Positions 26,702 to 38,600 of a DNA stretch of 64,000 nucleotides are shown one piece after another. The translations under genes and the position numbers were made by a program. The notes beneath the pieces are model-generated. The model made no database searches and was not told the origin of the DNA. It saw only the letters and a program-made list of their open reading frames with translations. Location of the stretch: positions 11,038,001-11,102,000 of the forward strand of contig NC_045697.1 in NCBI RefSeq assembly GCF_009834535.1, in the 5' to 3' direction. This DNA comes from Camelus ferus (Eukaryota). Every line of letters starts with the position of its first letter. Positions within the stretch are counted from its first letter, which is position 1.

Positions 26702-27251
26702 ATCACCATTCTACATTCTTAACTAGAAAGGCAGCAGTTTTGCCATGAAGTAAATAGATTCTAGAGTTCAAGTCCTGGTTCTGCCCCTTGGGAGTGTAAA
26801 GCAGGGTGACAGACCTTGCTTACACCCTCTGTGCAGGGCTTTCTGATAGGGAAGGCACTGGTGCACATGGGCCATCGTGAAGTCTAGCTACCCTGGGACA
26901 TGTGCACCTGGCCCAGCATGCAGCCGGTACTGCCTGAAATGGTGGCCTCTGAGACGCTCTTCTGTGTTGTCCAAAACCATAAATGGTTTCCTGTGTCATT
27001 GTCAGCAGAGGGGTTGGTATTGTTCCCCCTCTGCAGGTATGATGTCCTCAGCCTTTCTGGGATGGAATCAGAGAACTGGGGGATCCTTGGGCTGTGTTGA
27101 CTCCAGGGTGGAGGTCACCATGTTACTGATGACAGTGAGAGGAGCTAGGGGGTTGAGGGGGAGGGTGAGAGTGTGGTAGGGAAGAAGGAAATTTAGCATA
27201 TATTAATCTGTGCTAAATGCAGCTAAAAGATGTCATCAAGAATCTGTCCAA

Positions 27252-28673
27252 TACAATGGAGTAAAGACAGTCTCTTCAGCAAATGGTGTTGGGAAAACTG
27301 GACAGATCCATGTAAATTTAAAAAGTTAGAACACTCTCTCACACCATACACAAAGTAAACCATACACCATACCCAAAAATAAACTCAAAATGGCTTAAAG
27401 ACTTAAACATAAGACAAGACACTATCAACTTCTTAGAAGAAAACATAGGCAAAACATTATCTGACATAAATCTTAGCAATGTTCTCCTGGGGTAGTCTAC
27501 CCAGGCAATAGAAATAAAGGCAAAAATAAACAGATGAACCTAATTAAGCTTACAAGCTTTCGCACAGCAAAGGAAACCATAAGCAAAACAAAAAGACAAC
27601 CTATGGAATGGGAGAAAATATTTGCAAAAGATGAGACTGACAGGGGCTTAATTTCTCAAATATATAAACAGTTCACACAACTTAATAAGGAAAAATAAGC
27701 AACCCAACCCAAAAAAGGGCAGAAGACCTAAACAAACAATTCTCCAATAAAAACATACAAATAGCCAACAGACACATGAAAAAATGCCCAATATCACTAA
27801 TTATCAGAGAAATGCAAATCAAAACTACAATTAGGTATCACTTCACACCAGTCAGAATGGCCATCATTATGAAGTTCACAAATGACGAATGCTGGAGAGG
27901 GGGTGGAGAAAAGGGAAGCCTTCTACACTGTTGGTGGGAATGCAGTTTGGTACAGCCGTTATGGAAAGCAGTATGGAGATTCCTCAAAAGACTAAAAATA
28001 GACTTACCATTTGATCCAGCAATCCCACTCCTGGGCATATACCCAGAGGGGAATTTAATTTGGAAAGATAAATGCACCCTAATGTTCAAAGAAGCACTAT
28101 TTACAATAGCCAAGACATGGAAACAACGTAAATGTCCATCGACAGATGACTGGATAAGGAAGTTGTGGTATATTTTTACAATGGAATACTACTCAGCCAT
28201 AAACAATAATAAAATAGTGCCATTTGCAGCAACGTGGATGGACCTGGAGATTGTCACTCTAAGTGAAGTGAGCCAGAAAGAAACTACCATAGGGTATCAC
28301 TTTTTGTGGAATCTGAAAAGAAAAAGACTAGTGAACTTATTTACAAAACAGAAATAGACTCACAGACATAGAAAACAAACTTATGGTTATGGGCTGGGGT
28401 GGGGAAGGGCGTGGGAAGGGATAAATTGGGAGTTCGAGATTTGTAGATACTAGCTAATATATATATATAAAATAGATAAACAAGTTCGTACTGTATAGTG
28501 CAGGGAACTATATTCAATATCTTGTAATAATTTATGGTGAAAAAGAATATGAAACTGAATACATGTATGTATGTGTATGACTGAAGCATTATACTGTACA
28601 CCAGAAATTAACACAACATTGTAAACTGACTATACTTCAAATATATATACATATATATACACACACACAAAAG
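27252..28673 (+). mobile_element. Young 5'-truncated L1, about 1.4 kb (ORF2 C-terminus plus 3' UTR)
   Basis: ORF 27776-28357 is the L1 ORF2 C-terminal region ([25 protein letters not shown]). TSD agaatctgtccaa (27239-27251) / agaatcggtccaa (28674-28686). Confidence 0.97.
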
Positions 28674-30537
28674 AGAATCGGTCCAAGATCTCAGCAGAGA
28701 GTTAGCAACCAAGTCTAGGATAGATTTCAAAGTCCCATATTCCTACGTGGGGTCAGCTGAGGACACACAGTGTGGAACTTCTATCTGCCTAAGGAGAGGC
28801 ATCTTCAGATGGTTAAACTAAACCTCTTCCGGTCTCTGACAGACGGAATGCCCAGCAGTGTGTGCAGCCTTCTGAATTTCCGTGGAAAGAACAGCCCTGC
28901 AGACCCCCACTTTCCCAGGCCTTGCTGCCCACCCCACTGTGCCAGCAGCCCTGCAGGGGGCCCGATTCCGGATACAGAGCCTGGAGGTTTAGGAGAACGG
29001 AGCCTCAGCCACCCTGGCTGGGAGCACTCCCCTGTTGACCTACCCTCCTGGGAAGACTCTGGTTTTCCCCTGAGCAGGGACTGGGGGGCTATTTAGTGGA
29101 GAACCACCTGGCTCAGGGCCGCCAAAATAGTGAGCATGTTGGGGTCAGCTGGTGGCGAGCAAAGCTGATGCTGGCTCTTGCCACCCCTAGATTTGGATCT
29201 GGAGTATCTAAACTGGATGGAAAAAGACACTTCTCCCTCCACCCAGGAAGGGAACCCTGCTGTCTTCACGTTGAATCCTTTCCAAGGCTCCTAGCCCAGT
29301 AGCCTGGCCAGACAGTTGCTCTAAGACCTAGCTCCCAACCAACTCTCTCTCCCACTTCTCCTGGCTTCTCCCTTCATGTCCCTGCAATACCAGACTGCTT
29401 GGAATTCCATCCCCTAACCTGTGCTCCTTCTTCTCCCTCTGATGGAAGTGTCCTTTCCGCCCCCTTCTTTATTCATTCTTTTATACTCTACTCAGGCATC
29501 ACCTCCTCCATGAAGCCTTCTTTGACTGATTCTTCTGTCTCGTACTCCCATAATTCCATCTGGAAATGTCTATCATGGTGTTTACCATTTTGTATATAAT
29601 GTCCTCTCTTTGTGGGTCTGGCCCTCATAAGAGAGAGTTTCTTGATAACAGGTGTCATGAGTGCTGTCTGTGAATTTTCAGCGTTTAGAGCTGCGCCCGG
29701 CACATCGCAATGAAGCCGTGACTTGGAAACCTTTGTCCGAATCATTCTTCACTCACAGAAGAGAAAGTCTGGCCAAAGCATGTCAGCATTTCAACATATG
29801 CAAACTTGATTATACTCAGAGTATGGTGAATACAAAACAAATTCACAAATCTGCGCTTAAGGGTAAAGAAATGATAACATAAACAGTGATGGGGTGGAGC
29901 ACTGGTGAAGGGAGCTGCTATATCATGACAGTGAAGGATGCCAGCAACTCAGAGGCAAAGAGAAGGGGGATGTGGCCATTAGCTTTGTGTTGATCCCGGA
30001 GGACAATGGTTGCTTTGTGAAGGAAACCATATCCTTCACTTACGACATGATGACTGCAAATCCACACTAAGAACCGGTGTGATATCTGTTACCTTGTTAG
30101 ACCAAAGACGGAGGCTATAAGTATCACATGGGCACAGAGTTTTGCCTAACACTTCATTTTTTTAAATAAAAATTGACTTTCTATCCAAACCAGAAAATCT
30201 GTTACATGTTACGCAGAGTCCCCAAGAAACCTTAGAAATAAAATGTCTGTGTTACAGCACGGAGGTGAATTTCTTCAGGGAACTCTCTCTGGAGGGCACA
30301 CTGAGCCTCCTTGGGGGTGATCAGTGCCTTGATGGAGACGCAGAGGCCATGAACTCAACAGCAGCACATTAGAAACTTGAGACGGCCAGCACAGACACAG
30401 CGCAAAGCATTTTATGAGAGAAGTATTGCTAGCCTTCGAATAATTTCTTCCAAGAGTCATTCAAACACAGAGAAGAAGCTCAACCTTGACAAAGACTAGG
30501 TTTGATGCTTTGTTAATTAAACCCAATCATCCGTTGA

Positions 30538-30559
30538 ACACACACACACACACACACAC
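30538..30559 (+). repeat. (AC)11 microsatellite
   Basis: Direct reading. Confidence 0.95.
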
Positions 30560-30682
30560 GTGGTACAGGACATATATATCATGCTCTATTTTCTCATTTT
30601 AATTCCTTGGCTGAAGATGCATATAAACCTCTAAAATACTTTTCAAACTCAGCAGGAAATATAATCAACCTGTTGGTCTTAC

Positions 30683-30766
30683 CCTGAGGTAGTTGAGGGT
30701 GAAATTTGTTAGCCCCATCCTGGTGATGTTTTTGGAAAGCTGATCCAGGACCTGAGGATCTTGTGC
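30683..30766 (-). CDS. LDB2: LDB2 internal coding exon (84 nt, phase 0 to 0; probably exon 5)
   Basis: Read by hand: GCA CAA GAT CCT ... TAC CTC AGG = AQDPQVLDQLSKNITRMGLTNFTLNYLR, which continues the LDB2 protein. Acceptor T21-cctgtttAG; donor AGG|GTAAGA. Confidence 0.97.
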
Positions 30767-31964
30767 CTAAACAGGAAAAAAAAAAAAAAAAAAAAATCAT
30801 ATATTTTATCCCTGCAAGATGGTACCAAGAGAGTCTTCAAGTGTGCTACAGCTGCAAAGACATGCAATCTTCACATTGTCGATTTTTCTCGGAGGGGTAG
30901 GTTGCTGGAGATAATTTACATTTCAGAGACACTTGCAATATAAAGGTCAAGGACATTTTTGGATCAATGGAGCAAGATTCGTTGCCAAGGAGAACCAAAC
31001 TGAGTCAGATGCGCTTTCAGTGCTGGGGAGAAACGGCTTTACTTCCTTGATGAGAGGCCCTGTGTCTTCAGGAGGAGGGTCATTTAGCCCGGCCAGGACT
31101 CCTCCAGGACCCCTGGTGTCCCCAAGGAAGGCGGGGCCTCTGGATTTGGCAGAACCCTGCTTTAGGCCTGGCTTTTGTTTCCTGTTGTGATGGTGTTGTC
31201 TTAACAGCTTGGAGTCAAGGGCTATATTTGAAAATGTTGCAATTGTCATGAAATATACATGCAGATGTTTATGAATTCTAACTCTCCTCCCTATAAGCTG
31301 AGGCTCGAAATAAATGTCCTCAACATTTCATCCTGCAGGACTATAAGGGTAAGCACCATATTTTCCAAAATATCAGCCACATTAAAAAAAAAAAAAAAAG
31401 ATGTAATGTTCAATGTTTGGGCATCCCAAATATTCTGTTTGACCAGAAAAAGAAAGAAAATTCTTTCTGGGTTCCACTTTATGGTGATCTCTTGGTTGAT
31501 GCTCTTTTTTCACTTGTCTTTCCTTCTTTCTTAATTGGTATAAGAAAATTACTGCTAAACAGAGGGAGTCTTCAGTAAACATCCCTTTGTCTCCATGTCT
31601 GCATCCACGAGACTATGTAGGTTACACCAACACTTTCATTTATTCTTTTCCTGTACATAATTTTCCTCACAGTGGTAAAACCAGTTAGCTTTGCGTATAT
31701 ACAGTTAAAAAAACACAAAATGTAGGAGAAAACAGAGCTTATCACTTTTTATGTCAATTTCTGGAAAGGGGGTCCTCTGGGGACATGGAGCTGGTGTTAA
31801 CTGAGCCCTTTGCAGGTTCCAGGAAGAGCTGGTTCTATAGAGATGCAGTAGTAGTTGTGGCCGACCTCAAGGAGCTTACACTGTAGTCGGAAGACAGGAT
31901 AATCAGAAGTGCACGGAAGGATGTTTTTGCTGCTGTTGCTGCCGCGGGGGCTGAGAGCCAGTCG

Positions 31965-32190
31965 CCAGTACTTGCAGAGGTCCTGCTATGTGCCAGGCAC
32001 TATCCTAAGTGCTTACGTACATTAACTCTTAATCCTTCAAACCAACCCTCTGAGGCAGGCTCTGTTACTAGTCCTCATTTTATGGATGAGGGACTGATAG
32101 CACAAGATGTCATGTCAGTCGCCCAAGACCACACAGGAACAAGGATTCAAACTCATGCGGCCTCATTCCAGGGCCCTAGGCTCCCGCCCA
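31965..32190 (-). mobile_element. MIR
   Basis: ctatgtgccaggcactatcctaagtgct...cattttatggatgagggactga. Confidence 0.85.
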
Positions 32191-32444
32191 CTATCCTCAG
32201 CTGCCTCTTGGTCTGTTTTGAGACTAATCAGAGTGGCTACCTGAGACTGCTTCACAGAGAGTGGAGGATGCGAACTGGGCTTTGAAAAGTGCGAAGGACT
32301 TGGGGCATGGATAGGCAGAAAGAATGGAGTGGGAGGGTGTGGGTGCCACAGCAGAAACACAAGGCCATTGGAGAGGGTAGGGATCATATTAACCAGTTGG
32401 GAGGAGGGTGTTGAGGACAAAAGCCTGGGAAGACAGCCTGGTGC

Positions 32445-32700
32445 TGGACAGTGGGGAGACAGACAGCTTCCCAGCCTGTGTTTTGGAGTCAGAACCAGTT
32501 GAACTGAAATCTTGATTTATCACTTTTGGGCTGAAAAACATTGGGCAACTTACTAAACCTCTCTGAGCCTCCGTTTCCTCACTTTTAAGATAGGAATCAT
32601 AATAAGTCACCTCTTTGAGTTACTGTTGGTATTAACGATCACGTGCACAAAATGCGTAGCACGCGGCCTGGCGTTGCAAACACCCAGTAAACGCGTGCTG
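32445..32700 (+). mobile_element. MIR
   Basis: ttggagtcaga...ttgggcaacttactaaacctctctgagcctccgtttcctca. Confidence 0.85.
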
Positions 32701-33470
32701 CTGGGACTGTGCTCTCTATGTGTTGCACAGGGTCTTAAAAATCAGGCTCATTAAGTCTGATTTTGCTCCAAAGTGTTTTTGTAGAAACTGTGGCATCGTG
32801 CATTCTGGAAGAGGGATTTATTTAAGTCGATACCTTTTAACTCCTTAAGGGACTGACCTGACGAGTTCCTATCAAGTCCTACCTTTAAAACATCTCTCTA
32901 GATTGGCATCAACTCCACCTTTGCACTCAGCTGGGGATCAATAAATTCGATGTGATTTATGGCCAAATGAAGCCAAGAGGACCCCAGATATTCCATTTGT
33001 TTCCAATGCAGTAGTTAGGAAAGGAATGGACAGAGATCTGAGGTCCATGTGCCCCACGTCTTGTCAGATGGTTCTAATCAAAACTGGAAACTGTTTTTCT
33101 TACTTCGTGTTTTATTTCTTTCCCCCACTTATACATAACAGCTTTATTAGCCCAGGCAGAGCAGTACTTGATAATGACTGAATGGAATTTAAGAAAAGTA
33201 CAAACTGTTTATTGAGGTAACCTCAATTTGGAGTTTAAAATAATAAAGTATTAAAAAAAAAAGTCTCACAATGCACCAAACTCAGAAACAAAGGAGAAAA
33301 GAAAGGGCATGTGAATACAAACAATTGAGGGAAAAACTCAAAATTTAGAGTTAATTACCTAAAATGTAAAGACTACAGGAGTTCTTTCACAGCCAGGGAA
33401 CAGGGTTTGTTCTTTTTGAGTAAAATGAGGGGCTAAAAGGAAAAAAAGTTAAATAGAAATTGTTACTTAC

Positions 33471-33593
33471 ATGCATGGCTAGAATGCTTCTTGGGACTAA
33501 CTCTCTGTATTGTCTAATGGTAAAGTGCCAGGTTTTTATTCTCATGAGATCATCAAAGGTGAACTCCAAGATCAGCCTGCCTTCTGTACACAC
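33471..33593 (-). CDS. LDB2: LDB2 internal coding exon (123 nt, phase 0 to 0; probably exon 4)
   Basis: Translates VCTEGRLILEFTFDDLMRIKTWHFTIRQYRELVPRSILAMH, in frame with the previous exon. Acceptor ttttttgtcacttccAG; consensus donor CAT|GTAAGT. Confidence 0.98.
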
Positions 33594-34381
33594 CTGGAAG
33601 TGACAAAAAACAGGCTCAGTTGTTACGGACTTTGTGATCACCACATTTTTATAACTCACATGTCAGCCACTCAGCGCGGTCTCCCTGACCACCCAGGGGT
33701 GGCGCTGGAGCTCGACAAAGGTGTGACACAAATGATGTATTCGCGGAGAACTGAGACAGGTATGAGCTCTGGATCTGGGTTGAGGGCAGGGCAAAAGACA
33801 GCACAGCTGCTCACCAGCCGTGAGCTGTTGTAACTTGACTAGTTACTACTGAAACTTCATGAGCCTGTTTCTTGTAAATATGAGACAAAACCTATCTCAT
33901 AGCGATGCTGTGTCTAAGACTCCTGGCACAGAGTGTCCCCCACAAAACTGGTGCCCTTTCACCTCCTTTTCCCTCCTCTTTCATCGCCCTTCTACCATCG
34001 GAGTTAGAGCTCTGTTCTAATCTTGCTGATCCTACTCTGGGCGAAGGTATCTAGTGAAAGTATTCCTGTTTAAGTATGCATTACTACAAGGTTGCACAAT
34101 CAGAGGAAAATTTCATTTCCAAAGAGAAATGTCAGGGGGCAATGCTTAACCCAAGGGCACAAGTATCGGTTACTGACATGTGGAAGATAGAGGCAAGTGC
34201 AGAGTATATCCCTTGAATCCCATCTTATCAGCAATGACAAATCCTGCTTGCATAAAGGGTCAGGTCTTGGGGAACCCAAGTAATTCTTTCTAAGAAAAAT
34301 ATGTATTATTAATGAAACATAGCAGAGTTTCTGAGGCTCAGAAACTCCTTGATAGAGTGATGAGTGACAGGGTAGCATTTT

Positions 34382-34870
34382 AAAAATTATTTTAATTCAG
34401 GTATAGTCAGGTACAATGTGTCAACTTCTATGTACAGCACAATGTCCCAATCATGCGTACACATACATGTATTTGTTTTTATATTGTTTTCCATTAAAAG
34501 TTATTACAAGATATTGAATATATTTCCCTGTGCTATACAGAAGAAATTTTTTTAATATCTATTTTTATATATAGTAGCTAACATTTACAAACCTCAGACT
34601 CCCAAATTTATCCCTTCCCACCTAGTTTCCCCCAGTAACCATAAGATTGTTTACTAAGTCTGTGAGTCTGTTTCTGTTTTGCTGATGAGTTCATTAGTGT
34701 CCTCTTTTTTCTTTTTTTAGATTCCACATATGGGTGATATCATATGGTATTTTCTTTTCTCTTTCTGGCTTATTTCACTTAGAATGACAATATTTAGGCC
34801 CATCCATGTTGCTGCAAATGGCATTATTTTATTCTTTTTCATGGCTGGGTAGTATTCCTTTATATAAATA
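34382..34870 (-). mobile_element. 5'-truncated young L1 3' end
   Basis: Reverse of ggaatactac...gccatttgcagcaacatggatg...ctgactatac. TSD acagggtagcatttt (34367-34381) / acggggtagcatttt (34871-34885). Confidence 0.95.
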
Positions 34871-35092
34871 ACGGGGTAGCATTTTTATCTCCTTTCAAAA
34901 GTCAGAGGAGTTTTGGCATGTAGTTCCTGTTTTATTTACCTTTGTTTTCACTGTTCATGACTTTGAAATGAAAGAAAATGCTGCGCAATCTCACACTATT
35001 CATCCTATCTCAACTCTAAGATAGGAAGTGGTGGCAGCATATTGGTCCAGTTTAAATAATTAAAGTTCATTATTCAGTCCAGGTCTGCCTCA

Positions 35093-35350
35093 AAGAAGCA
35101 GTACAGAATAGTGGATGGGGGCTTTGGCATCAGAAGGTACTAGATTCGAATCCTGATTCTACTTTCCAATAATTTTAGATCTTTGGGAAAAATCAAATAA
35201 ATTCCCTAAGTTTCAATTTCCATGTCTGTAAAATGAGGATAATAATATCCTTAGGTAGGGTTGTTGGGAAAGTATATTAAATGAAATTGTGAATGTAGAT
35301 TGCCTAGTATCGTACCTGGCACATAGTGAAATGACAGTAAATGATGGCTC
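35093..35350 (+). mobile_element. Near full-length MIR
   Basis: gattcgaatcctgattct...ctgtaaaatgaggataataat...cctggcacatag. Confidence 0.88.
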
Positions 35351-35392
35351 TAAAGATAAGAGACATGGAACCAGAGAAAAGAGATCTCCCAA

Positions 35393-35630
35393 CCAGTGGT
35401 TGTCGTGATGGCCCAACAGAGACCTAGGATTTATGAACAGTATCTCAGGGGCTTTGCTGGGAAGAAGAGCCTAGCCGCCACCTGAATGCTGAGATTTCCA
35501 CTCACTTTCTAGATTCAACTGGAACATCTTCAGTTTTATCTGTTTTAAATATTGGACTTCTGATCAAGGTTTTTTGGAGAAGGATTTCTTAGACTAAAAA
35601 AAAAATGCAAAACTTTGGAAATGATGGAAC
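35393..35630. mobile_element. Probable hAT-Charlie MITE (MER103-like)
   Basis: cagtggtt terminus and internal ttttatctgttttaaatattggacttc. Confidence 0.45.
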
Positions 35631-38600
35631 TATACATTAAAAAAATAACAATCAAATGAATAGGGAATATTTCTAAAACTATAATTCATAAAGATAATTC
35701 ACAATTTATATCAACCTTTTATGAAATATTACTAATCACTTCCCTCTTTGGAAATTTAATACAAAAAGTCCCCATTTATTGAATTCCAACTATGTACTAG
35801 GCTGTGGGTTAGGGACTTTCTATTCTCTCTAGTTTAAGGTAATATTTTCTTTAAATAAGTCCGTGCAGGAGAATTAGTAACATGTTGATAGTGCACTGCT
35901 TAAGAAAGATGCTAATAATGTCTACCATTTTCATTTTATCCAAAGTCTCAAAAACATTGTAAGATAATTATTGATAATCTGGGTGAAGACCTCTATCTAA
36001 CTCAGATCCAATTAGCAGAACTGTGGGTAATTTCAGGCATTTGGGCTGCTTGCCCCGAAACTCTTCAGTTTAGTGGTCTTCAGGGCCTTGTTTCTGGCAT
36101 CTTCGCCACGAGAGTTGAGTGTAATGAGATGGGGGAAGACTTCAGTGTCCCCACGCCACTCCTCTAGAATCCCATCAGCATCAGCATCCCAATTAATTTA
36201 CCAAGGTTTTCAAAAGAGTTGCATGGAGATTAAGCCACACAGTTCGCACTGGGGTGTTGACATGGCAGAAGCCACCTGCAGTGAAGGCTTACACAGAAGG
36301 GAGGTAACTACAGCCGGCCAGGGACAGAGAAATGTCTTGACAATACAGGACAGGGATATTTGGATGCTATAATCCTGTTCTTTTAAAGAGAGGGGATTAT
36401 TGGCTGTTTAAACAAATACCAGCCCAGTTAAATGTCAGGCTTTTAAAAATTATCTAATCTATTTGTTTTGTGTTTATGAACCACAAACCTAAGGCAGATA
36501 GAGGTTCTGGTTTACTTTGATTGGAACAGAATTTCATAATGGGAAGGCATGGATGTAGTTCTTCTGATGAATTAGTCCACTGGAGCATCTCTAAGGTGAA
36601 GTCAAATTGTGTTCTTTGTTTACTGTGACATAGCAAACCCGCTGAAGTCTCTTCTTACAGTCAAACTGCTACAGGTCTACAAAAGGGAACATTGCAACAG
36701 CCTTGGGCTCCTCCTTTCTCAGTCCAAACCTAGGGATCAGCTTTATCCAGGGCGGATCATGTGTGAGAGAGGAATCCTGAGAATTGAATCTCATTTGGCT
36801 GTGTTGAGAGTTTTCTTTAAGGAAAACTAAATGACTGACTTTCTTGAATGAAAGGATGGAGGAGAATTTGGTCACCGCTGATCTTCCCCAAGTAATGATA
36901 CCTACAGCCTGCTCACAAGCCCTACGAAGCCTCTCCATTCCCTGCCCCCATCATGGAGGTTAAAGGAAACTGAAAGCTTTGTGATTTAATTCATATGCAA
37001 CAATCAGCAAGTGGAATAGAGGCACTTAAGAAAAAATATATACATTCCTTGTTTGGAAATGGTGGGGAAAAAAAAAACAAAAAACCGGTCATAGCTTATG
37101 AAGGGGAATTAATGTTTTCTCTTTTCAGAAAAATTCTGTGCATTCCTCTTAATCAATACAATTAATGTAGCTTTTATCTAAAGTTGGCCTTAAAAAAAAA
37201 AAAAAAAACTGCCTTTCAGTTGAGATCCAAAATCAAAAGGGTCCCCAATTAAGAAAACATTTTCTGTTGTGCTGAATTCATGTTACCATACTGTGAGCTC
37301 TGACATTTTGTTTCTGTGGTAACCAAAATCAGCTGATTAGTTGGCATGGCAACAGAAAAGATGTAATCCCAGCAGACACACTCTAATCAATGCCCCCAGC
37401 ACAGATGGTCTCCGGAGGATCAACACGAAAGAGGCTGGCAGGCATTCAGCGGATCACGTGCCAGCTTGAGACTAGGCCAGGAGCAAGAGAACTAAAAAAG
37501 AACATTTCTCAAACTAACCGGTAGCTTTTTAACCCTTTTCTTTCTTTGACTAATTGGAAAGCAATATTGACCATGTCTGTCATTGTGTAATAAAATGATT
37601 CTCATGTAGCTTTTATGAAATAAAATGTGCTTTATAGGTGGGAGTGTTTATTTAATTTTTTTGGTCTGTGTGCTTGGAACAGCAGGCATGGACTAGTGCT
37701 TTTAGATGAACAGTTACATAAAGCTCATTGTATTTTACTTGGAGATGCTGCATGTATAAATGAATATGCAAATACATATATGTACATTTATTAGAGAATA
37801 TAATCACTGGTATTATAATAATTTGGTTAGAGTCAAGATAAGAGCATAAACGTATAAATCCTGGAGTATAACGTGGTCTACAACCTCAGGTAAGAATGAT
37901 GAACTGAGTGACAAAGGCATGAATGAGGATTTGTATTGGAAAACTGGTTGGCATTTCCTTGGTACTTCTCTGCAGTAGCAAATAATTCTCATTAAGTAAT
38001 TGAGATCAAGAGAAAAAACATAAGCCTGTGCTTACAGGAGTGATAAGGGTGTCCAGTCAAGGCCATATTTATTGTCCTAGTTTGTGAGAAACCCCCAAAT
38101 AACCCAACAGGTTCCCCAGAGAGGGGTCCTTTCAGTATCTGCCAGTATTCACACCCTCAAATACAATTCAAGGCTCTTTGATTCTGAAAACCTCAGTGAT
38201 CGCTCCTTGATTATTGAGCCCTGTTTCCAATTTGAATCGAAATTAAATACAGAAAAGAAAGATTTCATAATGTATGTTTTCACACTCTAATTACATATTT
38301 ATCCATAATCTATAAAGTTCCCAGAATCAGGAAATTGCAAAATGTTCACTATGGTCCTGAGGAATATTAAGTATTACTGTTGATTAGGGCTGTGGCTGAT
38401 TTTGGATTTACCAGTTGACCAGATTTTCTGAAAAGCAACCCAGAAACACTGGGTCAAATGCTATTTGGGGAATTAGAGTCTGTTGATATTCTAAATTAGA
38501 ACAATGTGGTACTACCTACACATAATGTGCTAAGTAATGCCCTGTACTAACAGCACAATCCCCTTTAAAAATAAAGCATCAGCTTCCAAATTATTTTTCT

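Noticed and set aside
27776..28357. 193-aa ORF, the longest in the window, as a nested gene
   Set aside because: It is the C-terminus of L1 ORF2 in a 5'-truncated, TSD-flanked insertion with stops upstream and no promoter.
33387..33659. Full ORF-track extents around the LDB2 exons (also 40980-41309)
   Set aside because: LDB2 similarity stops exactly at the AG/GT sites; the flanking codons are intronic read-through.
33688..33708. CTCF-like motif ccacccaggggtggcgctg near the 123-nt exon acceptor
   Set aside because: Four consecutive mismatches in the 5' half of the CCASYAGRKGGC core; unsupported without ChIP data.
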